Shown here: piece by piece, positions 30,845-40,438 of the stretch
Numbering within the stretch: position 1 is the first letter of the stretch
How the letters are laid out: each line of letters opens with the position of its first letter
Assembly (NCBI GenBank): GCA_944391395.1
Contig: CALXTI010000003.1
Location: forward strand, 35,843-99,842
DNA: 64,000 bases
Reading direction: 5' to 3'
Origin: an uncultured Alphaproteobacteria bacterium
GTDB taxonomy: Bacteria > Pseudomonadota > Alphaproteobacteria > RF32 > CAG-239
Notes under the pieces: model-generated
What the model was told of the DNA's origin: nothing
Seen by the model: only the letters and a program-made list of their open reading frames with translations
Database searches by the model: none
Position numbers and translations under genes: made by a program

Positions 30845-30874
30845 AAAAATAAAAGCCCTGCTTGCGGCAGGGCT
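30845..30874 (-). terminator. terminator of the Lon-like operon
   Basis: gccctgc..gcagggc hairpin followed by a T-run on the minus strand, 25 nt after the small-ORF stop. Confidence 0.6.
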
Positions 30875-30899
30875 GAAATGCGTATAAAGAAGTCTTGTT

Positions 30900-31076
30900 T
30901 TAAGAACGATCCTCTCTGATTTTATTATCTTGATTGGCCGGAGAATTAGAACGAGCACTATCCTGTTGATTATCCTCGGCCTTAATGGCGACGACTTTTT
31001 CTTGCATATAACGAATATTCGTCAAAAACGCCTTATTGCGAGCCGCGCGCGCTTTTTCCATAGATACATCTACCAT
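30900..31076 (-). CDS. 58-aa protein co-transcribed downstream of the Lon-like protease (helical N-half, Asn/Gln/Ser-rich tail)
   Basis: Strong RBS AAGGAGA 6 nt before the ATG; terminator directly after the stop; absent from the ORF track only because it is under 60 aa. Confidence 0.45.
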   Translation of the reverse strand: MVDVSMEKARAARNKAFLTNIRYMQEKVVAIKAEDNQQDSARSNSPANQDNKIREDRS

Positions 31077-31179
31077 GACTATTCTCCTTTAGCCAACCTT
31101 TATTATTAATCTTAATGTAGCACAAAACGACATTTAAGTCAAGCGGATGTGATAAAACCTCTCTAAAATCAAGCAGTGG

Positions 31180-33636
31180 CTATTTGCCTAGGCATCCGTG
31201 GGTTTCCTGCGCAAAACGGACATAGCATTGGTAATATTCTTCCAAATTTTTTGCCACCAGGTAATTGACCGTTCCTTTGGGGTAATTTCCGTTTTTATCA
31301 GGCTTGCCGGCTTTGACTCCGGTCAAGATTTCGATGCCGTCATCAACCGAATCGACGGCGTAAATATGAAACATGCCGTTTTCAACCGCTTCAACGATTT
31401 CTTCTTTAAGCATCAGGTTGCCAATATTCGTGCGCGGAATAATCACACCTTGTTTGCCGGTCAGGCCGTTGTATTTGCAAACCTCAAAGAAACCTTCAAT
31501 CTTTTCGTTAACCCCGCCGATTGGCTGTATTTCGCCGAACTGATTAATTGAGCCGGTAACGGCGATGCTTTGATTTATCGGCAATTCGGCAATGGCTGAC
31601 AACAAGCAATAATATTCGGTCGAAGAAGCGCTGTCGCCGTCAACGCCGCCGTAAGATTGTTCAAACACAATGGAAGCCGATAAGGAAAGCGGTTTTTTCT
31701 TGGCAAAACGGTTGGAAAGCAGGGCTTGTAAAATCAATACGCCTTTGGTGTGGATGGGACCGCTCATTTCAATCTCGCGCTCAATATCGACGAATTCGCC
31801 GCTCCCCATACGAACCTGCGTAGTAATGCGCGCCGGCTTGCCAAAAGTATTGCGTGAAAAATTGTAAACGACCAGACCGTTAATTTGTCCGATTCTCGCT
31901 CCTTTGACATCCATTAAAATCGTGCCTTTGTCGATTTGTTCGAGCATGGCTTTGTTGATGCGGTCGCTGCGGTATATTTGCGCATCAATGGCTTGAACAA
32001 TATGGTTTTTGCCGATTTGTTTGGAGTTTGATTTACGCGCCCAATAATCGGCTTCGCGCAGCAAATCGCCGATTGACGCAATGTGCGCCGTCAATTTTTC
32101 CGAATCGTCGGCCAAACGCGAAGCGTATTCAATAACTTTTGCCACCGCCTGTTTGTTAAGGGAACGCAAATTTTTCTTTTTGGAAAGCGAGCCGATAAGT
32201 TTGGCGTATTCGATTTCATTTTCTTCCGTGCGGTCCATAACCGTCCCGAAATCCGCTTCCACTTTAAAATAATCAGAAAAATCCGGGTCGCGTTCGCCTA
32301 AAAGCTCGTAAAGTTCTTCATCGCCGGTCAAAATGATTTTAATATCCAGCGGAATAGGCTGCGGATCCAGCGAAATGGTCGTAAAACTTGTTTCGTCGCC
32401 GGGAGATTCGATTTTAATCGTTTTTGAGGCCAAAGCGCGTTTTAAGGAATCCCAAGCGTAAGGCTGCAACAAGAGTTTGCGGGCGTCGATTAAAAGAAAA
32501 CCACCGTTTGCCTGATGCAAAGCGCCGGCTTTAATTAAAGTAAAATCGGTCAGCAACGCGCCGTATTGCTGAACGCGTTCGACCTTGCCGACCAGGTTGC
32601 CTTGCGTCGGATGGTCGAGCAACACAATCGGTGCGCCGGAGTTTGGCACGTTTTTAACAATAACATTTACTTTGAACTTGGCGAATTTATCCTCTTCGTT
32701 TTTATTCATCCGGCTCAAAAGCAGGCTTAAAGGATCTTCTTCATTGCCGGCCGAGGGCGATTCGGTGTTTGGCATAAAATCATTAATATTTTCCAAAATA
32801 TTTTTTTGAATGGATTTCAGAAAATCAACGGCGGGTTTATATTGTTTGTATTTCTTGCGCAATTCGTCCACCGGGGAGCTGATAAGGCTCTTGGCCAGTT
32901 TCTCGCGTAAATGGTCGATTTCTTCGCGTTGGCGTTCCTCCCATTGCGGCAAATCTTGCGCCGTGTTTTCAATTTCGGCTTGCATGGCGTTTAAGTCGTC
33001 GGTGATTTTTTGTTTTTCTTCATCGGAAAGTTGTTCAAAGGCTTCCGGGCTCAAAACCTCTCCGTCTTTGACCGGAGCCACCACCAGTCCGACCGGCATG
33101 TGCAACAGGGAAACGCTTTTTCCCTTGGCTTTTTTTTGCAGGATTTTAATATAATCGTCTTTTTTGCTTTTGTATTTTTGCCGAATAATTTCAACGGCGG
33201 CTTTGTATTCGTCGCTGTCGGTCAAGGCCGGTATGGCGGTGCTTAAATCTTCAATCAAACGGTCGACGTCTTTGGCAAATTCCGTGGCTTCGCCGGCGGC
33301 AAAATTAATGGCAATCGGTTTGTAAGGTTCGTCGAAATTGTAAACATAAGCCCAATCATCCGGTGTGGGGCGTTGTTTGGCTTCTTTTTCCAAAATTCTT
33401 TTGACCAAGCTCATTTTGCCGGTGCCTTCCGGACCGAAGCAAAACAAATTATAGCCTTTTGATTTGATGTTAATCCCCAGCTCGACGGCGCTGATGGCGC
33501 GGTCTTGGCCGAGGGCGGAAAGACGTTCTTCCAAATCGGCGGTGGAATTAAAATCAAACTTTGAGGTATCGCATTTTTTATAAAGCTGTTCCGGACTTAA
33601 TTTTGTGATTGCCATTTTCAAAAAATCCTTTTGCAA
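31180..33636 (-). CDS. Lon-like ATP-dependent protease (AAA+ domain plus C-terminal Lon S16 protease domain, COG1067/LonB-like)
   Basis: Walker A FGPEGTGKMSL; C-terminal SIAVTGSINQFGEIQPIGGVNEKIEG with Ser-Lys dyad context; 818 aa. Confidence 0.75.
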   Translation of the reverse strand: MQKDFLKMAITKLSPEQLYKKCDTSKFDFNSTADLEERLSALGQDRAISAVELGINIKSKGYNLFCFGPEGTGKMSLVKRILEKEAKQRPTPDDWAYVYNFDEPYKPIAINFAAGEATEFAKDVDRLIEDLSTAIPALTDSDEYKAAVEIIRQKYKSKKDDYIKILQKKAKGKSVSLLHMPVGLVVAPVKDGEVLSPEAFEQLSDEEKQKITDDLNAMQAEIENTAQDLPQWEERQREEIDHLREKLAKSLISSPVDELRKKYKQYKPAVDFLKSIQKNILENINDFMPNTESPSAGNEEDPLSLLLSRMNKNEEDKFAKFKVNVIVKNVPNSGAPIVLLDHPTQGNLVGKVERVQQYGALLTDFTLIKAGALHQANGGFLLIDARKLLLQPYAWDSLKRALASKTIKIESPGDETSFTTISLDPQPIPLDIKIILTGDEELYELLGERDPDFSDYFKVEADFGTVMDRTEENEIEYAKLIGSLSKKKNLRSLNKQAVAKVIEYASRLADDSEKLTAHIASIGDLLREADYWARKSNSKQIGKNHIVQAIDAQIYRSDRINKAMLEQIDKGTILMDVKGARIGQINGLVVYNFSRNTFGKPARITTQVRMGSGEFVDIEREIEMSGPIHTKGVLILQALLSNRFAKKKPLSLSASIVFEQSYGGVDGDSASSTEYYCLLSAIAELPINQSIAVTGSINQFGEIQPIGGVNEKIEGFFEVCKYNGLTGKQGVIIPRTNIGNLMLKEEIVEAVENGMFHIYAVDSVDDGIEILTGVKAGKPDKNGNYPKGTVNYLVAKNLEEYYQCYVRFAQETHGCLGK

Positions 33637-33693
33637 TTATTTTTTAGTGTTATAATTATAAAGATTAAAAAACTAATTTAGTGTAAACGTTTC

Positions 33694-35178
33694 ATGAAAT
33701 ATTTTGGGCTTATCTTTGCCGGGTTATCGGTTGCATTTATATTATTGACGGCGTTTTGCGTTTTCAAGTCGTTGCAAAAACGTTTATATCGGGCTGTTTT
33801 TATCCGCAAAATCGGCGAATTCGGCGACAAACGTGCTCATATGGCGTTTTTTCCGACTTATATGATATTGTCGGTTGCAGATATGGTCGTTTGGACTTTT
33901 CGCAAACGGCGCATGGAATTATTTAAATCGGTTTATGCCGGCAGGTTTGACCGCCTGATAAACTTTACGGAAAAAAAAGACAAGGTGTTGTCGGCGTTGT
34001 TAAAAGCCTATCTTTACCCTGAGAACAATCTGAAACAGATTCGTCGGGAGCTGTATTTGACACCGGGCGATACCCGGTTTTTCATAATGGCAGGCCTGGA
34101 TGCCGAAGCTAAAAATAATTTCAAAAAATTAAGATTAATCGTTAACAAGTTAAGCGCTTTAAAATTAAACGCACCGACAAAAGCTTTGTTTTTGTATTTG
34201 AGTGCCAAAATCTGTTTGTATGATGGCGACATGTATGCCGCATCGCGTAATGCGGTTATGGCGGCGGGTCTTTTTAAAAAACAAAAAGCGTTAAGAGAAG
34301 AGGCCGCGGCTTATATGCTTTTGGGCGAAATTTATCGCTTTTGCGCCGTGCATGACGTTGCGCAAATGATGTACGATTCGGCACACAAACTTTATCAGGC
34401 GTCGTCTTCTTATACCGGCGCGGCAAGCTCTCTGGCCGCAAAAGCGATGCTGTTGGCCGGACAAGAGCGTTTTGACGAAGCTGCGGACTTGTTCCGCCAA
34501 AGCCGGCAAACTTTCAAGATGCTTAAATTAACTGTAAAAGAAGCGGAAATCATTAATCAGACAGCGTTGTTGAATCTGATGCGCGGCAGATTGTCGGCAT
34601 CCGTTAAATATGCGCAAAAAGCAAGGGACAAGCACAAATCTGCCGATAACATTCAAGGAGAAGCATACGCCGATGAGCTGTTGGCGCTTTCTTTTCTAAA
34701 GCAACAAGATTATACCCGTGCGATAGATTATGCGGCAGCGGCGCAAAAAAAATATAAAAAAGTTGAAAATTATGCGGCATGGCTTGATGCGGCTTTTGTT
34801 GAGGCCGAATCTTGGTTCAAATTGCAAAAACTGCCGGCATCGGCTCATGTTTGCCGGCGGATTATCAAAATGTCAAATCAGCACAAAACAAATTTTCACA
34901 TTGCCAACACATATACTCTTTTGGGCTTGATTTACATTCGATTGCAAGATTTCAGGCGGGCGGAAAAGTTGTTTAAACATTCGCTGGACAAAGAACAGGC
35001 CGACAAGAGATATTCCGGCATAGCAGCCGATTATGTCAATCTGGCGCAAATTGAAAAGCACGCCGGAAACGGCACTCTGGCCAGACATTATTTGTTATCG
35101 GCTTTGGACGAGGCAAAAAAATATAATGACGACAATATGTGCGACATAATTAACGGTCAGCTTGAAAAATTAGCCTGA
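33694..35178 (+). CDS. membrane-anchored TPR-repeat protein (2 N-terminal TM)
   Basis: 494 aa; helical repeat pairs after the TM anchor (AAYMLLGEIY.., TLLGLIYIRLQDFRRAEKLF..). Confidence 0.5.
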   Translation: MKYFGLIFAGLSVAFILLTAFCVFKSLQKRLYRAVFIRKIGEFGDKRAHMAFFPTYMILSVADMVVWTFRKRRMELFKSVYAGRFDRLINFTEKKDKVLSALLKAYLYPENNLKQIRRELYLTPGDTRFFIMAGLDAEAKNNFKKLRLIVNKLSALKLNAPTKALFLYLSAKICLYDGDMYAASRNAVMAAGLFKKQKALREEAAAYMLLGEIYRFCAVHDVAQMMYDSAHKLYQASSSYTGAASSLAAKAMLLAGQERFDEAADLFRQSRQTFKMLKLTVKEAEIINQTALLNLMRGRLSASVKYAQKARDKHKSADNIQGEAYADELLALSFLKQQDYTRAIDYAAAAQKKYKKVENYAAWLDAAFVEAESWFKLQKLPASAHVCRRIIKMSNQHKTNFHIANTYTLLGLIYIRLQDFRRAEKLFKHSLDKEQADKRYSGIAADYVNLAQIEKHAGNGTLARHYLLSALDEAKKYNDDNMCDIINGQLEKLA

Positions 35179-35268
35179 TTGTTATAATAAGTAATATATT
35201 TTTAAACTATTTAAAGTATACAATAGCAAAAGTTATTTGTAAAAAGATAACCGAAAGGACTAACCCGG

Positions 35269-36675
35269 ATGTTGCAAAATATAGCATTATATTTGCTGAC
35301 AAGCCAGTTTGGTATCGCCATTTCACAAAACTTAAACGGTATGGCGGGGTTCTTTCAGCGCCACTTTTCGGGGTCGGACAATCTTCGTCTTGTTTCCATA
35401 ATTTTATTATTGCTGGCGTTTGTCTTATTTCTTTTTTTAATTGTCATTTTGTACATTAAATCTTTATTATCATTTATCAAAAATGAATCGCCGACTTCCA
35501 CGAGCGCCGGTTCGGCCAATGCCGGACGAATATCCGGAGAGTTTGAGAATGAAAGGGATAAAAAACAGGAGGCGGAACGAGAACTGGCAAGATCCGAAAA
35601 ACAAAAACAGCAGGATAGGATACAAAAACAACTGCGCTTAGAGGACGAACGCCGCCGACAAGAAAAAGCCGAAAAGGAATTGGAAGCCAAACATCTGGAA
35701 AAAGAAAAAAGAGCGGCACAAAAACAATCGTCCTTGCAAAACACCATACCTTTTCCGGGTTTGCGCGGCAAAGCGTCTTCCATGGAGTTTGACTGGAAAA
35801 AAGGCCGTCAGGGCGAACTAGATGAAATTGCGGCCGGAATCGAACCCTTTAAATACACCCCGGATAAAAAACCGTTGGATGCTCTGGCCGGGTTGATTGT
35901 CAATATGCTCGGGCGGGATATAGATGATGGAAAAATTGCCCAGACAATTAAATCTAAAAGCGGCGATTTGGCAAGCGAAGATGATATTATACAACTGATA
36001 GATTCAATTAAAAACTTTATCTCTTTAAGCAACAACGGCAAGTTTGAAAATCTGCCCAATGCCGGAGAGCTTACGCCGCCCGATGAAGCGCTATATATGT
36101 TGGCGAAAGGCAATGCAAGCTACTGCCTTGGGTTAATGGAGGCTTTGATAGACAACAACATTGACAAGGGGCATCAAGCCAAAAACACGCAAAAACGCGA
36201 TATCACGTTTGTGGAAACTTCAAATTACGCCTGTACGTTTGGCACGTTAGCCAGCTTGCAGGATTTACAGCTGGCAACCGGCGCCTTTGAACTGGCGATA
36301 GAGCTTTCGCCGAAAAATGTTAATGCCTGGAGCCGGGCGGCAGATATGTATACCCGTGCCGGTTCGGACAGCAAAGCCATTTGGGCATATCAAAACGTGA
36401 TTGAAATGGGCGATGAAGACATGTACCCGCATCAAACCGCCAATGCCAATAAAAATCTTTCTCAATATTATTATGACCAGGGGGATACAAGAAAAGCCGC
36501 CAAACTATATAACGACAGCAACGATTATTATGCCACCATCGGTATCAATCAGGATTTGACGGCCAGAGAGCACGAGATTATCAGTATTATCGAATCTAAG
36601 CAAGAAGAAGATATGCAAAACACCATTAATAAATTGCTGAATTTAGCCGTGCAACGTCAAAGAAGTTTCATGTAA
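35269..36675 (+). CDS. membrane-anchored protein with a highly charged coiled coil and C-terminal TPR-like repeats
   Basis: 468 aa; TM, then ERDKKQEAERELARSEKQKQQDRIQKQLRLEDERRRQEKAEKELEAKHLEKEKR, then TPR-like helices. Confidence 0.5.
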   Translation: MLQNIALYLLTSQFGIAISQNLNGMAGFFQRHFSGSDNLRLVSIILLLLAFVLFLFLIVILYIKSLLSFIKNESPTSTSAGSANAGRISGEFENERDKKQEAERELARSEKQKQQDRIQKQLRLEDERRRQEKAEKELEAKHLEKEKRAAQKQSSLQNTIPFPGLRGKASSMEFDWKKGRQGELDEIAAGIEPFKYTPDKKPLDALAGLIVNMLGRDIDDGKIAQTIKSKSGDLASEDDIIQLIDSIKNFISLSNNGKFENLPNAGELTPPDEALYMLAKGNASYCLGLMEALIDNNIDKGHQAKNTQKRDITFVETSNYACTFGTLASLQDLQLATGAFELAIELSPKNVNAWSRAADMYTRAGSDSKAIWAYQNVIEMGDEDMYPHQTANANKNLSQYYYDQGDTRKAAKLYNDSNDYYATIGINQDLTAREHEIISIIESKQEEDMQNTINKLLNLAVQRQRSFM

Positions 36676-36736
36676 TATGAACAAAACAGAATATTTGTTG
36701 CCCTGCTTTATCACACCTGGTTCAAGCTGATATGTC

Positions 36737-37366
36737 TTAATACCATAGAATACGAATATTGCATGTTGTCTGATTTAGGCAAGTGTCGCAAAGCTCGCGG
36801 ATACGGGCGACCGTCAAATCTTTAAGACACGCACTGTTTTTGCAATAAGCGTCGCCGAAAATACGAACATCATAATGTTCGCTGTCATCCTCATCGGCGC
36901 TGTATATAAAATTTGTCTGCCACAAAACGCCGCTCATTTCTTTGCTGAAATTTAAAAAATTTAAACAAGTGTCATCATCAACCCGGTCGTTGACGCCATA
37001 TAACGTTATCTTAAAAAAACCGTTGCCGCGCCTAAGCTCGGTAGAACGTTCCCAACCGATATAAATTTCATTTCCCATGGCGTCATAAACAAATTTGGAA
37101 GTGGCGGGCCTTATCATTTCCTGAGGAACAAGGTTTAATTTAATGAATATGTCGGTTATATTAAGACTTTCTGACGGTTCTGTGAATTTAGTTTCGCTTA
37201 AAAGCTGATAAGTGCTGTTCAGCAGATAGGTCAACTGCTCGGTCTGCTTGTTGAGCTTATACTTCAGCATCGCTTTGGAATAACCGGTCATCGCCCCGAC
37301 AGACAATACGCCAATGATAGCTAATACGCCGAGCATTTCAACCATACTTCTACCATTTTCCCGCAT
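36737..37366 (-). CDS. type IV pilin-like protein, paralog 2 (short leader MRENG|RSMVE)
   Basis: Same prepilin N-terminus and identical C-terminal 35 aa as paralog 1, divergent middle; AGGAGA RBS. Confidence 0.65.
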   Translation of the reverse strand: MRENGRSMVEMLGVLAIIGVLSVGAMTGYSKAMLKYKLNKQTEQLTYLLNSTYQLLSETKFTEPSESLNITDIFIKLNLVPQEMIRPATSKFVYDAMGNEIYIGWERSTELRRGNGFFKITLYGVNDRVDDDTCLNFLNFSKEMSGVLWQTNFIYSADEDDSEHYDVRIFGDAYCKNSACLKDLTVARIRELCDTCLNQTTCNIRILWY

Positions 37367-37397
37367 TATTTTCTCCTTAAAACTGCAAAAGTATCTA

Positions 37398-37468
37398 TTT
37401 TCCCGATATTCTAAACCGTTTTTTTTTTTTGCAATTTTAAAGAGTCTTTTGGGGATAAGTCGTAACCG
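37398..37468 (-). promoter_or_regulatory. conserved upstream element of pilin paralog 2 with A12 tract (plus-strand T12 at 37419..37430)
   Basis: Near-identical to 6338..6408. Confidence 0.4.
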
Positions 37469-37562
37469 TGTGAGGTTATGTTATGGATGAGGTCTTTCAA
37501 CACAAACAATGGAATTATGATAAAAAAAATCCCGATTCGATAATCGGGAACAAAATTTGTTT

Positions 37563-37976
37563 TTAAGCGGTCAGCTTGGCAAAAGAATGAATGGCCTCGC
37601 GCTGCATTTCTTTGAGTTTGTCTTCACCCAAACTTTCTTTAAGTTTTTCCATATATTTTTGCATTTCCTCTTCATAAGTGTCGGCGCCGGGAATTTCGTC
37701 GACGATACGCACCGAAATGTCATAAGCCTGAGTGATTTCATCATTAAACTCTTCGGCAACCGTTACGTATTTACTTTTCAGGATTTTTTTGCGGATAATC
37801 GGGGCGATTTTACTTAACAGATAAAATTGCTTGTCATTACGGTTAAAAATAATCTGATTGCGGCCGTCATAAACCACTTCGCCGCGGAAAACATGGTCGG
37901 CATTCATCTCGATTTTAATGATAACACCGATTTTATCAAAGAAAAAATTTGCCGGCAACGGCGTGATGTTTTCCAT
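37563..37976 (-). CDS. hypothetical acidic protein (137 aa)
   Basis: GGAGA RBS; terminator hairpin at 37524..37555; no recognisable motif. Confidence 0.45.
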   Translation of the reverse strand: MENITPLPANFFFDKIGVIIKIEMNADHVFRGEVVYDGRNQIIFNRNDKQFYLLSKIAPIIRKKILKSKYVTVAEEFNDEITQAYDISVRIVDEIPGADTYEEEMQKYMEKLKESLGEDKLKEMQREAIHSFAKLTA

Positions 37977-37985
37977 TTTATTCTC

Positions 37986-38159
37986 CTATTCTCGGGAATT
38001 GCCCTTGCTGTTAAACAACCCTTCTTTGTCTTCCGAAGCCTTGGAAACAAAAAAAGCGGCCAAGTCAAAACTCAAAAATTTGAAAATGCTGAAAATAAAG
38101 CTTAAACGGCCGCCGACGGCTGACTTGCTTAAAGGTTTGACCAAAGGAGATTTTGCCAT
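37986..38159 (-). CDS. small ORF (57 aa, hydrophobic middle), 9 nt upstream of the 137-aa gene
   Basis: Operon-like spacing with the downstream gene; under the ORF-track cutoff. Confidence 0.3.
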   Translation of the reverse strand: MAKSPLVKPLSKSAVGGRLSFIFSIFKFLSFDLAAFFVSKASEDKEGLFNSKGNSRE

Positions 38160-38304
38160 TTTTTGTAACCTTTCTTATAAACGTTTTAATGTTAGCTATA
38201 TCTTAAAGATTAAACCTCATAATTGCAATATCTTTTTTGTTGGTAAGGCGGATAAATGATTGCATATAGCGTTTAACGCTCTACAATGCCTTAAAACAGA
38301 GGTG

Positions 38305-39606
38305 ATGATGAACGAAATAACGGAATACAGCGTCAGTGAAATTTCTTTTGCGATAAAACAATGTGTTGAAATCGCTTTTGCCCGCGTGCGTGTCAAAGGC
38401 GAGATCTTCGGCGCCAAAAAAGCCGATTCCGGCCATTGGTATTTGTCCTTAAAAGATGAAAACGCGGTTTTGTCGGCCGTGTGTTGGCGCGGCGTTGCCT
38501 CGGCTTTGCCGGTCAAGATTGAAGACGGGCTTGAGGTGGTCGCAACCGGAAAAATCACCACTTTCGCCGGTCGTTCGTCTTATCAGTTGGTGATAGAACA
38601 GTTGGAAATTGCCGGTACCGGCGCGTTGTTAAAACTTTTGGAAGAGCGCAAGCAACAATTCTTAAAAGAAGGTCTGTTTGATGCGGCGCATAAACAAAAA
38701 ATTCCGTTTTTGCCGAAAGTCATCGGTGTGGTAACCAGTCCGAGCGGTGCGGTGATTCGTGATATTATCCATCGGGTGCGCGACCGTTTTCCGACCGGAA
38801 TTATTGTTTGGCCGACGCCGGTGCAAGGCGAGGGAGCGGCAGAAAAGATTGCCGCGGCGATTAATGGCTTTAACGCACTTCCTGAAGACGGTGTTGTTCC
38901 GAAGCCTGATGTGTTGATTGTGGCGCGTGGCGGCGGTAGTTTGGAGGACCTGTGGCCGTTTAATGAAGAAATCGTGGTGCGTGCGGTGTATAATTCCAAA
39001 ATTCCGGTGATTTCCGCAGTCGGGCATGAAACCGACACCATGCTGATTGATTATGCCGCCGATGTGCGCGCGCCGACGCCGACCGGCGCGGCGGAATTTG
39101 CGGTACCTGTCAAAAGCGAATTGTTGTTGCAGCTTTCTTCTTTGGATAATCGGCGCCTAAACGCCGCTACCCGCCTGTTAAATGAATATAAACAAATGCT
39201 GGAAGGGTTATCCAGAGGCATTCCCAATTTGGAACAAATCGTGGCGGAAAGCCGGCAAAAACTTGACGAACGTGCAGAGCGGCTGAAATTAGCAATTCGC
39301 AATTATCTTCTGGTAAAAAAGCAAGCGTTGGATTTGTCTGGGTTAAAACCGTATTATGTGCGTAATCTGATGGAAAAAAACATTCAAACTTTGCAGAATC
39401 TGACGGCAAGATTAGAAGGTGTTTCGGTTGAATCGGTCTTAAAACGCGGGTTTGCTTGGGTAACGGATAAGCATTTCAAAACATTATATGATGCCACGCA
39501 TGCCAAACGCAGCGGCGAGCTTAACGTGCGTTTTGCCGACGGTATTGTTAAAACCAAAGTGATGGAGAACCGCGATGCGGAACAATTTGACTTGTTTGAT
39601 TTGTAA
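38305..39606 (+). CDS. xseA: exodeoxyribonuclease VII large subunit
   Basis: N-terminal OB fold (VSEISFAIKQ..VRVKGEI), central catalytic domain; about 433 aa. Confidence 0.85.
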   Translation: MMNEITEYSVSEISFAIKQCVEIAFARVRVKGEIFGAKKADSGHWYLSLKDENAVLSAVCWRGVASALPVKIEDGLEVVATGKITTFAGRSSYQLVIEQLEIAGTGALLKLLEERKQQFLKEGLFDAAHKQKIPFLPKVIGVVTSPSGAVIRDIIHRVRDRFPTGIIVWPTPVQGEGAAEKIAAAINGFNALPEDGVVPKPDVLIVARGGGSLEDLWPFNEEIVVRAVYNSKIPVISAVGHETDTMLIDYAADVRAPTPTGAAEFAVPVKSELLLQLSSLDNRRLNAATRLLNEYKQMLEGLSRGIPNLEQIVAESRQKLDERAERLKLAIRNYLLVKKQALDLSGLKPYYVRNLMEKNIQTLQNLTARLEGVSVESVLKRGFAWVTDKHFKTLYDATHAKRSGELNVRFADGIVKTKVMENRDAEQFDLFDL

Positions 39607-40438
39607 TTTGCTTTTGGCGATGGGTATGACCGCATCGGCACAGGCATTGGAGTTGTGCGGTACGTTAAAGCAGGGTGAGCTGATATCAGGTCGTGCCTTT
39701 AACGCAACGGAAGTAACGGTTGACGGCAAAAGCTATACGGTGGATGCCGACGGTCGTTTTTTATTTTCATTAGCTCGTGATGCTGCAAAAAATGTTAAAT
39801 TAAGCATTGTGTATCAAGATGGCACGGTTGAAAGTTATGTCTTGCCAGTTGAGGAAAACACGTGGGATATTCAACGTATTGAAGGCGTGGAACAGCGCAA
39901 AGTAACGCCGGCCAAAGCCGACGAGGCGGAAATTTTGCGCGAACAAAAAGACGTGCGTGCGGCGCTGACAAGCATTAATCCGGATATTCAAGACTGGCAA
40001 AAAGGTTTTGAACTTCCGGTTGAAGGTGTTATCAGCGGCAATTTTGGCAACCAGCGTATTTTTAACGGGGTGCCTAAAAATCCACACAGAGGTACGGATA
40101 TTGCCGCGGCGGAAGGCACGCCGGTCAAAGCGGCCGGTAACGGCGTCGTGCTTTTAAGCGGCGGCAATTATTTTTATTCCGGCAATATGGTGATTTTGGA
40201 TCACGGATATGGTTTGCAGACTATTTATATGCATTTAAAGGAAGCAAAGGTAGCAAAAGGCGACCATGTTAAAAAAGGCGATGTTATCGGTTTGGTGGGT
40301 AAAACCGGCAGGGTGACGGGACCGCATCTGCACTGGGGCGCTTCGCTTAACAATATCCGTTTTCGTCCGCATGCGTTGTTGGAGATGGATTTGAAACAAT
40401 GCCGGCAATATGTGCCTGACAACAAGGAGCGTTTATAA
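39575..40438 (+). CDS. M23 family peptidoglycan metalloendopeptidase
   Basis: Signal peptide; HRGTDIAA..GPHLHWG LytM-type motifs. Confidence 0.75.
   Translation: MRNNLTCLICNLLLAMGMTASAQALELCGTLKQGELISGRAFNATEVTVDGKSYTVDADGRFLFSLARDAAKNVKLSIVYQDGTVESYVLPVEENTWDIQRIEGVEQRKVTPAKADEAEILREQKDVRAALTSINPDIQDWQKGFELPVEGVISGNFGNQRIFNGVPKNPHRGTDIAAAEGTPVKAAGNGVVLLSGGNYFYSGNMVILDHGYGLQTIYMHLKEAKVAKGDHVKKGDVIGLVGKTGRVTGPHLHWGASLNNIRFRPHALLEMDLKQCRQYVPDNKERL

Noticed and set aside
30644-30958. 104-aa ORF from the ORF track downstream of mraZ
   Set aside because: Overlaps the better-supported 58-aa ORF (strong RBS plus terminator) in another frame and has no translation signals.
31180-33636. Lon-like protease as BREX BrxL
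   Set aside because: No pglX methyltransferase, pglZ, brxC or brxA/B anywhere nearby; neighbours are mraZ and TPR proteins.
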